Source: Cyanophora paradoxa CCMP329 (lineage: Eukaryota > Plantae > Glaucophyta). From it: DNA of 64,000 nt. The notes below the pieces were generated by a model. That model was not told the origin of the DNA. It ran no database searches and worked only from the letters and a program-made list of their open reading frames with translations. Of the stretch, positions 1-10,789 are shown piece by piece. Position numbers and translations under genes: made by a program. The stretch is taken from assembly GCA_004431415.1 (NCBI GenBank), contig QPMI01000515.1, positions 186,001-250,000 of the forward strand. Direction: 5' to 3'. How positions within the stretch are numbered: position 1 is the first letter of the stretch; every line of letters starts with the position of its first letter.

Positions 1-107
1 ATAACTTGCGAACACGGAACTTCGTTCTCTCGGTGAGGGTCAATCATTGAATAAGGAAAAACAGGAAGAAAAGACGAGAAGAAAAAGCTTAAGGTTCAAC
101 GGTTGTC

Positions 108-137
108 TTTTTTTGGTGAATTACCGGCCACAGTCTC
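108..137 (-). mobile_element. Extremely 5'-truncated poly(A)-tailed retroposon insertion with 12-bp target-site duplication
   Basis: TCAACGGTTGTC at 96-107 and 138-149 flanks T7-GGTGAATTACCGGCCACAGTCTC. The same poly(T)-GGTGAATTACCGGCCACAGTCTCT occurs at 4177-4208. Confidence 0.7.
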
Positions 138-599
138 TCAACGGTTGTCAATGGGAACATTGGGAAGAAGACATGTACAAGGCCTATACTATGATAGGGC
201 GCTATATATACTGTAGCCTGTAGGAGGCAGAAAATTGCCGAGACGAAAAATTGCCGTAAACAAGATCCGTGCTCCTGCGGAGCACTAAGTACGGCGAAGC
301 CTCGCGGACGCCCTCGCGGCTGTCACAGTAGGCGGGCAGCTGCAGCCCCGCCCAGTTGCATGGCCGGGCTTCAAAAGTTTCGCCGGCTTGGCACTGGGGC
401 AATGGGCTGGCCCGCTATAGCCAGCTCGAGGGAGAGCTCGCTGGCCAGGGAGCAATGTAATGAGGAGAGCGAATATATAATGAACTAGGGGAGGAGTTGA
501 ACCGGTAACTCTTGCTTTTAACTGGTGGAGCAGATTGATAGGAGATTTATTTAATATTAATGTATTGTTGGGGGGGAGGCCCGGGAGGGGCGAGGTTCT

Positions 600-1340
600 C
601 GCGGCCAGGCGCATGCACAGAGCTTGCGAATCGCTTAAACACAATCTCGAATGCATATAGCATCGATGTGCGGGGCTGCGGAGGCGAGGGCGCGCGGAAA
701 GACGTGCAGGTCCATGCAGGATCGAATTTTCGGGGTCGGCTGAATTCTCGCGCCCTGTCGCGCCCTTGGGGCTTGCATTACGCTTTGAAAAGCTCTCAAA
801 TGAATATTATAGCGATGCCCATGCATGAGGACGCGAGGGCGCGCGGAACGCGGTTCAGTTCCCTCAAGGATCGAATTTTCGGGTCGGCTGGGTCCCCGCG
901 GCCCGGCGCATCTGCAAAGCGCGCGGAACGCTTGATCTACATCTCAAATGCTTATGCTATTGTTCCGCGCATGCGCCGTGGCGTGGGCGCGCGGAAAGAT
1001 GTCCAGGCGTGTGCAGGATCGAATTTTTGCCGTCGGCTGGGTTCTCGTGCTCTTTCGCGTCTTCAAAGCTTGTGGAAAACTTTGATAAAATCTCAAATGA
1101 ATATTGCGACGATGCGCATGCGCGAGAATGCGAGGGCGCGCGGAAAGATGTTCAGGTCTGTCAAGGATCGAATTTTCGGGGTCGGCTGGGTGCTCGTGAC
1201 CTGGTGCATTTAGACACCGTGCGGAAGTCTTTCTCTACATCTTAAATGGTTATGCTATCGTTCCGCGCATGCGCCGCGGCGTGGGCGCGCGGAAAGATGT
1301 CCGGGTCTGTCCAGGATCGGATTTTTGCTGTCCGGTACCT
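600..1340. repeat. ~149-bp degenerate tandem repeat array (about 5 monomers, alternating A/B types)
   Basis: GCGCGCGGAA...GGATCGAATTTT recurs at about 689, 840, 988, 1136 and 1287. Alternate monomers are more alike (~298-bp higher-order unit). Confidence 0.85.
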
Positions 1341-2139
1341 TCCTGCGCTGCTCCGGGTTCGAAAAGCGGATTTCGGGGGTGCGCGGGCCCTGGTATGTCT
1401 ATGCGCGCCAGTACGCATCGATTGCGCGCGTCGCGGGACCGGCCGGAACCGGCCGGATCAAATTTTCGGCCGACTCTTCGCACTGGAGCGTCGACGGCGC
1501 CCAAAATCGAGCTTGCGGCGATGCGCTCGCCCTCGCGCGTCATTCTGTATCGTTCTGGGCGTCCCTGGCGCGATTTCGTCGCGGGACCGGGCGGGACCGG
1601 GTCCCACCTTCGGACTCGGACTGCATTTGTCGGAGGTTAAGTACCGGAATTGATCCAGAGGGAAATTCGATTTTCGCGGATGCCTACGGGGGAGCGGTCG
1701 TCTTTGGGCAGCCACGACGCTAAAAATGGATCTAGAGAGGTCTGTGGGGGTTCGTGTGGGTGTGTGACTAGCAGCAATCGCGTCCGTGTCGAGGCAGAAT
1801 TATTAATTCTGCCTCGAGGGAGTGCGACACGGGAATTATTTAGCAGGGGGGATCTTGAGTGGAAAAAAAGGTTAAAAAAGGAATTTAGATCGTCGGTTTT
1901 TGGGTTTGAGACAAGATCCGTGCTCCTGCGGAGCACTAAGTACGGCGAAGCCTCGCGGACGCCCTCGCGGCTGTCACAGTAGGCCTATATATAGGGCACT
2001 GGCCAGCGGCCTGGCCGATCGCGAACAGCTTTCTGGCTAGAAGCTGGCTGGCTGACGGCCAGTCCAGCTAACGCTGGTCGGCTAGAGGAGATTAATTATA
2101 TAATATTGTTGGGAAGGAGGCCCGGCAGGGGCGAGGTTC

Positions 2140-2880
2140 TCGCGGCCAGGCGCATGCACAGAGCTTGCGAATCGCTTAAAAAGAATCTCGAACGCATATA
2201 GCATCGATGTGCAGGTCTGCGGAGGCGAGGGCGCGCGGAAAGATGTGCAGGCGTGGCCAGGATCGAAGTTTTGCGTCGGCTGGATTGCCGCCGTCCGCAG
2301 AGCTCGCGCAAAGCTTTACAAAGAGCTCAAATGAATACTGTAGCAATGCCCATGCGTGAGCATGCGAGGGCGTGCATGCGGAAAGCTGTGCGCGCAGGTC
2401 CGTGCAAGATCGAACTTTCGGGGTTGGCTGGGTTCTCGCGGCCCGGCGCATCTGTAAAGCATGCGGAAGGCTTTGTCTACATCTCACATGCATATGCTAT
2501 TGTCCCGCGCATGTGCCGCGGCGTGGGCGCGCAGAAAGATGTCCGGGTCCGTGCAGGATCGAATTTTTGCCGTCGGCTGGGTTCTCGTGGTCTTCGGCGT
2601 GTTCGAAGCTTGTCGAAGGCTTTGATAAAATCTCAAATGAATATTGTAGCGATGCGCATGCGCGAGGATGCGAGGGCGCGCGGAAAGATGTGCAGGTCTG
2701 TAGAGGATCGAATTTTCGGGGTGGGCTGGGTCCCCGCGGCCCGCGCATACGCAAAGCGTGCGGAATGCTTTGTCTACATCTCGAATGCTTATGTTATTGC
2801 TCCGCGCATGCGCCGCAGCGTGGGCGCGCGGAAAGATGTCCGGGCCCGTGCAGGATCCGGATCGAATTTTTGCCATCGGG
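2140..2880. repeat. Second copy of the ~149-bp tandem repeat array
   Basis: The same motif recurs at about 2230, 2378, 2527, 2676 and 2825. Confidence 0.85.
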
Positions 2881-4176
2881 TACCTTCCTGCACTGTTCGG
2901 CCTCCGAAAAGCGGATTTCTGGAGTACGCAGACCTTGCTATGTCTATGCGCGCCAGTACGCATCGATTGCGCGCGTCGCGGGACCGGGCGGAACCGGCCG
3001 GATCAAATTTTCGGCCAAGTCTTCGCACTGGAGCGTCGACGGCGCCCGAAATCGAGCTTGCGGCGATGCGCTCGCCCTCGCGCGTCACTCCGTATCGTTC
3101 TGGGGCGTCCCTGGCGCGATTTCGTCGCGGACCGGGCGGGACCGGGTCCCACCTTCTGACTCGGACTGCGTTTGTCGGAGGTTAAGTACCGGAATTGATC
3201 CAGAGGGAAATTCGATATTCGCGGACGCCCACGGGGGAGCGGTCGTCTTAGGGAAGCCAGGACGCTAAAAATGGATCTAGAGAGGTCTGTGGGGTTCGGG
3301 TGGCTGTGTGACTAGCGGCAATCGCGTCCGTGTCGAGGCAGAATTAATAATTCTGCCTCGAGGGAGTGCGACACGGAAATTATTTAGCAGGGGGGATCTC
3401 GAGTGGAAAACGTCGCGGGACCGGGCGGGACCGGGTCCCACCTTCTGACTCGGACTGCGTTTGTCGGAGGTTAAGTACCGGAATTGATCCAGAGGGAAAT
3501 TCGATATTCGCGGGACGCCCACGGGGGAGCGGTCGTCTTAGGGAAGCCAGGACGCTAAAAATGGATCTAGAGAGGTCTGTGGGGGTTCGGGTGGCTGTGT
3601 GACTAGCGGCAATCGCGTCCGTGTCGAGGCAGAATTAATAATTCTGCCTCGAGGGAGTGCGACACGGAAATTATTTAGCAGGGGGGATCTCGAGTGGAAA
3701 AAAAGGTTAAAAAAGGAATTTAGATCGTCGGTTTTTGGGTTTGAGAAAGAGGCTTCGCGAGGTCTGTGGGGGTTCTTCGCGAGGTCTGTGGGGGTTCGGG
3801 TGGCTGTGTGACTAGCGGCAATCGCGTCCGTGTCGAGGCAGAATTAATAATTCTGCCTCGAGGGAGTGCGACACGGAAATTATTTAGCAGGGGGGATCTC
3901 GAGTGGAAAAAAAGGTTAAAAAAGGAATTTAGATCGTCGGTTTTTGGGTTTGAGAAAGAGGCTTCGCCTGAAGAGGCTTCGCCTGATTGCCGAGACGCCG
4001 AATTCGGCAATTCAACGACTCGGCAATGTTGCTGCAGCTGGGCCGGGGGTAGAAATTGTCTTAAGCCGCGCCATATATATATATAGAGCGCAGAAATCTG
4101 GATTCGGCAATTAAATTTATCGACTCGATCGGCAATTCCGGTTTAATTTTGGGCGAATTCGGCAATTTTTCGCCTC

Positions 4177-5166
4177 TTTTTTTTGGTGAATTACCGGCCA
4201 CAGTCTCTAGACACCAGCACTGCGGGGGCTGCCCAGGGGGCATAAAGACAAAAAAGCAAAATAACTAAGACAAGAGCACGAAGAAAGATAAGACAAAGAG
4301 CCAAAATCGACAATAAAAAAGGAAAGACACAGAGCTCGAGACAGATCGATAGCGAGAAGAGACGATAAATCGAGCAGATCTAGGGACAGAGGATAACTGA
4401 CACGAAGAAAAGCCAGAGCTAGAGATACCATCAATATCAGAAGGAATTACATCACTAAGAAGCGGGGACAAAATTGAGAAAGATAAATAACAGGAAGAAG
4501 ACAAGTAAGAGGAACAACAAGACGACATGGAGGCGGAGGCGAAGCAGGACGATGCGAAAGGGCAGAGCTACGGCACGAGGTCGAGGAGGACACAGGAGGC
4601 GGAGCAGGCGGATCAAGAGCAGGCAAAAGGACAGTCAAAGGAATCACTAAAGCCGGCCGGGGTCGAGGCGGGCAATCGATATCGAACTGCAAACGACGGC
4701 GAACAACAGGTCGAGCACGAGGACTATAGCTAGTATTGAAACTAACTCTAGCATCAACACTACGATCAGAATCCGAACCAGACCGAACTAAACTAGAAGA
4801 CGAAGAAGTACGCCGGCGCCGGCGGGATACGATCGCGACCAGCGAAGCAGAAGACGAAGGCAAAGGCGGCAGTCCGGTATCAAGAACAAAGGCCGGAGGG
4901 TCCGGCCCGGCAAACCGCCGGGGGGAAGTAGAAGGAGCCGCAGGCTCGGCAAGCCGGCGACGGGTACGACCACGAGTCCGGGAGGAGATCGGGGAAGCCG
5001 GTCCCGGAGCTGAGGGCCCAGGAGCAGAGCCAGGAGAAGGTAAGCCCGGCGAGAAATCTGACCCGGAGCCGGAACCCAGCGAACGACGACGACGAAGAGG
5101 CCCCCGAGGAGCCACGACGGGGGAGCTACCGAGCAAAGTACTGACAGCCGGCGCCGAACACGGCAT
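4177..5166 (-). mobile_element. 3' part of a probable non-LTR retroelement: Ser/Pro/Arg-rich ORF remnant (4447-5166), pyrimidine-rich 3' UTR and poly(A)
   Basis: The 3' terminus is identical to the TSD-flanked piece at 108-137, and there is strong strand skew. No RT motif is visible and the 5' boundary is uncertain. Confidence 0.45.
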
Positions 5167-6036
5167 TGCCGTGGCGATAATTAAATTGCCGAATCCAGAT
5201 TAATATTTCCGCTCTATATGGCGCCATACAAAAGCGGCCGATTAGCCCTACCCCCTCAGAGTTGCCGTGGCTTAAAATTGCCGAATTCGGCCTCTCTGCA
5301 TTGAGTCTGCAATATACGGCAATTTAAAACATCGGCTAAAAAAGCATTCCTACAGTACGTCGGGGCCCGGCCCGCGGCGGCGGCCCGGGGCCCGGGCGGG
5401 GCCGGGCCCGGCCCCCGGCCCGGCGGGGCCCGCGGGCCGCGGGCCGCGGCTCGGGGCCCTGGGCCGCCGGGCCCGGGCCCCGGGCCGTGCGCATGCATAT
5501 GCCGCCGCGCCGGCGCCGGCGCCGGGGCCGGCCGGGCCGGCGGCCGGCGGGGCGCCGCCGCGCCGGTGGCCAACTGCCGCAGTGCATGCACAGCTGTTTG
5601 TCATTCGCAGACTAAAATAGAATCGCAGTGATTCACTGCATGGCATACGCGCACTGTCACAGACTCAGTGACTCTGAGACTCACAGTGTACATGTGCGGG
5701 TCAGTGCGAATTCGACTTGGTTGCCAAGTTGCCAACTTCAAGGCTTCAAAGGCTTGCCAAATTAAAGTTGCAAGCCTTTTGAAGTTGCAGTGCATATATA
5801 TATACGCTGCATACCCGGTGACCATACTATGCATAGCCTAGTATACGTAGTAGTACGGTAGTACAGTAGTAACAGTATACGTACCGTAGTACTAGTACTG
5901 GTACTATACTGCTGTAGCTGCAGACGTCGACTGCAGTAGGCAGTCGCCGAGTCAGCGTCGTCGATCCCTCACTGGACCCTCAGCCGTGCGGCAGGAGCCG
6001 CAGGACTCAGCGTTAGCCCCGGGAGTTAACGTTCGA

Positions 6037-9000
6037 ATGTCGTGCAAACATTGCAGGGTCCAGCGGGCCCTGCGGTCCCTGCCTGCTCTGCCCGCTTGGG
6101 CTTTGGCAGTATGCATCTTGGCGACTGCGCATGCATCGCTCTCTTATTCCGCCAGCCTGCCGGCCAGCCCGGACTCGCTTCCGGTGGGAGGAACGGCCTA
6201 CTGCCTTGGCAACAACATCACGGCTGCGGACGGCAGCTACGGCAACGTGGAGAGCCTCCTCGCATCGCTTGTACATGGTGCGCGTGCTCATATTCAAACA
6301 ACGTGAAGACGCTAACTTGGTGCATGTGCTGACGCGCGCGTTGCGGTCAGGCCAGGGGAGTTCGGCCAAGTTTTTCAGCATCAAGTCGCTGCACCATGCG
6401 CCTGATGGTGATCATGAGCTGCTCGTGTCCGATGCGAAATTGCAAACGGCGCTCAGTTTGTTTGGTCGCTTAAGCTTGTGATCAGGAACTCTGTACGTCG
6501 GGGAGCCTTTTGTCCTCCGCGCAGTGGATGCGACGTGCACAAGCAAGACGGTGGTCGGGAGTCAGTCGAGGCTCAGTGCGTCAGTGCGTTCACGCAACCG
6601 CGCTTCTGTGAATTGACTTGCTCGGTGCGACGTTAACCCAGCCGAACTGCAAGCAACGCTTTCTAAAACCGGCGACATCGTTGGCAACGGAAACATTGTC
6701 AATGCTACCGCGGCGCTTCCAATTCTTCAGGAGTTGAACAGCACAATGCCAGGCATCGGGGCCAGCATGCCGGCGGCGGAAGTGCAACCATAGTGCGTAG
6801 GATTTGAGTGACTGTTTGTTCTAATCCGGGATCCACGTCCATCGACCGAGAGTGCAGCGGAATCACTGGTGTTGCCAGCTCTGCTGCCGAGCCAGGAAAG
6901 GTTTTCTTCACGTCGTCTGGTATTCTTCAAGCTGTTCCTCCAACCATCGCGATGTACGACAACGCGACCGGACTGGTCACCACCATCTACCGCGGTGCGT
7001 CTGCGAGGGACCAGTTGCTAGGAACCAAAACCGACCACTGCGGCAGACGAAGGATATTACATCCACTTGCTGTCGAAAGCCATCAGCAGCTTCCGCGGCG
7101 ACTTCTCCATCAATGGGGACATGCCATTGAACCTCGTCTACTCTGCGCCGTACCTCTACTATTCAACCGTTCGCTTTGAACTTAACATCACGAACGTCTG
7201 CTGGACCACCAATAATGAAAGCAACCCGTGTCCCGATAGTTCTTCTTCAAGCTCAAGGCGTCGCGCGCTCCAGAATAATCAATTTCAAGGCCTAAACCTG
7301 GAGAAACTTCTGGCAGATCTCAAACTGGACATGCACATGCTTGCGGCCGCGGCCAAAGGCAACTTCAAGCTCGGACAGAAGCCCAATCGGCACTTGTTGG
7401 CGGGTGGAGGCCTAGGCGGCTCAGGGAACAAATTTCTTCGCGTGCTACGCATCCGCGCCGATGGTACGGCCGCGATCCACATTCTCTTCTCCTTCGTTAT
7501 TTGTTCGTGTGATGATTCGCTGACAGGCACCCAGTCGAATCCAGAGGTTGTACACACAGTGGAAGACAGTTCGAACGTGGCTGCCGAGCTGTTCTCCGCA
7601 GCGTTTCCAATGCCCATGGCAATCAACGACGAGGAAGGCGGCGGGAAAACACTCTATTTCAGCTTTGTGGGCACCGCAATCTACAAGGCATGCATACTAT
7701 GATATGTCCATCTATATGTCCGTCGCGGGCTTGCAAGACTCGTGCTTGACGAAGTTGGCAGCTCTCGATCGACGCGCAGGGGGCCGTTTCGGGTTCTGCT
7801 CAAATATTCTCTTCTGCTTTCCTAGGCCCGTCCGGCGCAAACATCGTCACCGGCCTGGAGGTCCTCAAAAGCCCCTACGGTTCGGACCTTAGCGCTCGCA
7901 GCATGCGCTCAGCCTCGATGTGGCACGGCGCTAACATCAGACAGATTCTTCCTATTGGCGGCTTCTCGTGGCGGAGGTGCGCAACAACACGATCTTCGCC
8001 CTCGACCCGCAGGGGTCGTTCGTGTCCGCTGAGGCGATCGTCGGGCCGCCGAGGTACGCACACGCATGTACTAGTACTGTACATGTGGCACGGCTGACGT
8101 TTTTGGCAACTGCTGTACATTAATCACCTTCACTGCGCTGCGCAGCCCCGTTCCGTTCGACAAGACGATGATCTTGGCTCCTGCATCCGGACTCACGCGC
8201 GCTGCTGGGGCGAGTTATCCCGCCGTCTACGCCGCGTGGTCTGGCAATACTATCGGCTTTCTGGACGGCATGACCGGTATGCAGTAGTGCGCAGCAGCCG
8301 CATTAATATATATTCTTCGGTCTATTCTCACGCGGCTTGCACTGCAGCCTCCGTTGTTATGGCCCACCGCGCAAACTATAATATCACTATCCCCACGCCC
8401 TCGCCCAGCCCTTCACCGAGCCCGTCACCGTCGCCCAGCGCTAGCCCGTCGCCGTCGCCCAGCGCTAGCTATAGCCCGTCGACGTCCCCGTCACGTGAGC
8501 GCTTTTGCAGCTATCAGCTCTTGCTCGCGCTAATGTATATGCGCACTTGAAAGCCTCCCTTTCGCCGTCGTCCAGCCCTTCGCCATCGCCTCCCCCATCT
8601 GCCTTCGTGCGCAACCACTTGATAGCAAACCCACTCGTCCGGCGAGGCTGAGCTGGCACCGCTCGCAGCCAGAGCCCCTCAAGATCGTCAAAATCTCTCT
8701 CGTCATCAATGGCAAGGCCTTGACCTTCGACGTGAACGCAACCTGGACCCTGCGGTCCGACGGCAGCTACTACATCGACGTCATCTCGCCGAAGTTCACC
8801 GCGCCGACGGTGCGCCTGATTCCAACTTAACTCGAGACGTTATCTGACGCAGGCTTCGCATCTCGCAGATCGGGTCATCCGACTACGTCTCGTGCGCAGC
8901 CTTAAAGCTTGCTTTTGTTGCACCGGCATATCCGATCGTCTATCTCGCAGCATCTTTGGCTCCAATTTCCCCCTCGTGGACATCATCGTGAAGATCAAGG

Positions 9001-9463
9001 ACCCGCAGACCGGTCAGGAGGTCCCATCCCCCGATGCCAAAGTCGTCTCCTCGGCGGAGATCCGCTTCAAGATCCCGGCCATGGTCCGCCGCCAGCGCTC
9101 GCTGCTCTTTGTCGCCGGCAAGGCGTACAGCCTCGTCCTCGCCCCCGCGCCGGGCCCAGGCAACGCTTTCGCGCCGTTCGAGCTCGGAAACGTGAGCTTT
9201 CTGCAGCACACTGCTCTTAATTCTACAAATAAGGCTCTGGCTCAAATACTTCCGCAGGCGTTCGCGTGGTTTGCGCCTTCTTCTTCCTACGTTGCATCAA
9301 TGCCGTATTTGAGTGCTGCGGTGCGTTTCGGATCATCGGATATTCTATAGCTAGCTGCGCGACCGCCTCAAATGACGATCAGTCGATCGCGCAGCTTCAG
9401 ACCGCCGCGATTTCGCGTGTAGGACTGTTGGTCGCGACGCTGATTCTGGCGCTTCTCCTGTAA
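6037..9463 (+). CDS. Multi-exon secreted/cell-surface glycoprotein with Ser-Pro repeats, beta-rich (IPT/TIG-like) region and C-terminal hydrophobic tail (GPI/TM)
   Basis: Signal-like ALPAWALAVCILATAHA; (SP)n tract at ~8393-8490 and ~8565-8600; many N-x-S/T sites; KVVSSAEIRFKIP; ends AAISRVGLLVATLILALLL-stop at 9463. Short GT-AG introns with CTGAC/CTAAC branch sites (e.g. 6278-6350). Confidence 0.75.
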
Positions 9464-9993
9464 CGGCAGACGAATTGGATTTGGCACCTATAAAGGCTTC
9501 GACTTCTTTTCGCATTTCGCATTTCGGTTTCGCATTTCACAGCAGAATAAAACTGCCGCTGATGTATCTGAATAAACTCCTAGCCTTTTTCCTCCTGTCC
9601 CTGCCGCACTCAAGCCACATGCAATATGCCCTTCCGAATGTATCTGGGGTATTCGAGCTCGAGCCTGCTACAAAAAAGCCCATGCCACTCCACTCTGGCC
9701 GTGGCCCATCGATAATGGATTTCTGCCCTGCTTTCTCATCCCGGCCGGGATCGAGCGCCTCTCCGTCCTGACGAAAGCAGTCGGCGGGTTCAAGGACGCA
9801 ATTCTGGTACCCCTTTTTCCCTCGCCAATGCTTTCCGTACCCCGCGGACGGGAAGCAAGAGAGAGGAAGCAACATTTCGACGGGAAGTAAGAGAGGGGAG
9901 AAGCATGACGGCTTCAAAATCCCCTCGCTTGCGATTACACTATGATATCTAACGGTTCAACTTTCAGTTCAGCTGTTGCAACTGCCTACAAGG

Positions 9994-10758
9994 CTAGACC
10001 CTGCGTCGCCCGGACGGCCGCGCGCGGCCGGCCGCGCGCGGCGCCGCGGGCCTAGGGGGCTGGGCGGGGCCGGGGGGCGGAGGACGGAGGCCTGCGAAGG
10101 GGATCAGATCTGGAGATCGAGCGAGGGACCGAGGCGAAGAGTGGGAGCGCGCACCGCCCGAGAGGCGAAGGTCCAGCCTCCGCGGGCACCGCCACGGGGC
10201 CCGGAGGCGGCGCGGCTGCCCCGGGGCGCCTCGACGGGAGAGCCGCGCGCGCTGCGCGGGCGCCGTCAGAGAGGGGCCGAGTGACTCGGCGCAGGCGCAC
10301 CCGCCTGGCGCCTCCGGGCGGATCGGAGGGCCTCCTCCTCGTCCTCCTCCTCCGTCCACGGCCGCCGCCGCTGCCTCGGCGGCGGCCGCTGCGCCGGAGC
10401 AGCCGCCGGCGCCGCCGCCGCCTCCACGGTTGTTGCAGCCGCCGCCGGGGCCTGCAGAGGCGCCGGCCCCGCCGCCAGCGGGCCGCGCTCGCGCCCCACG
10501 ATCGCCGCGAGGCGGGCCGCGAGGGCCGCCGGCCGCAGGCCCTCCTCCAGATCGCTCCCGTACCCCTCGCGCCCCTCCTCCTCGTCCGAAGCCTCCCCCT
10601 CTAGATCTGGTCCCGCTCGGGTGCGTCGGGGGTACGCGTTTGGCTAGGGTGCGGGCGTGCGGGGCTACGCGCACCGTCCCCATCCGGAGCACCGTCGACG
10701 CCATAGGACTCGCACAGAGCCTTTCGCCGCAGCCGTTCAGCGTCAGCCGGGGGGGGGA

Positions 10759-10789
<31 letters not shown>

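Larger units (their letters stand above)
260..3985 (-). mobile_element. Head-to-tail tandem of a Helentron-type non-autonomous element (HINE/DINE-like); units 260-1910 and 1911-~3409 plus partial repeats to 3985
   Basis: On the minus strand the 3' end is a hairpin (GTGCTCC-N3-GGAGCAC, 269-285, again ~1920-1936) followed by GGATCTTGT. Subterminal IR GGCGAAGCCTC (293-303) pairs with GAGGCTTCGCC (3958-3968, 3973-3983). No TSD; T-rich insertion site; internal tandem repeats. Confidence 0.65.
211..5355. mobile_element. Non-autonomous TIR DNA transposon (TA target) with long imperfect inverted repeats, expanded by nested insertions
   Basis: TA|CTGTAG...CTACAG|TA termini. CTGTAGGA-N11-GCCGA-N7-AATTGCCGTA at 218-258 is mirrored with identical spacing at 5315-5355. 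Further inverted matches: ~3998-4010 with ~5275-5291, and ~4068-4122 with ~5175-5225. Repeated TTGCCG/CGGCAA subterminal motifs. Confidence 0.65.

Noticed and set aside
600-2880. Regularly spaced repeats as a CRISPR array
   Set aside because: The whole ~149-bp monomer is homologous, so there are no unique spacers. There are no cas genes and the context is eukaryotic.
560-3268. ORFs of 200-310 aa in the repeat region
   Set aside because: They are translations of GC-rich tandem repeats with no protein motifs, and frames are not conserved between units.
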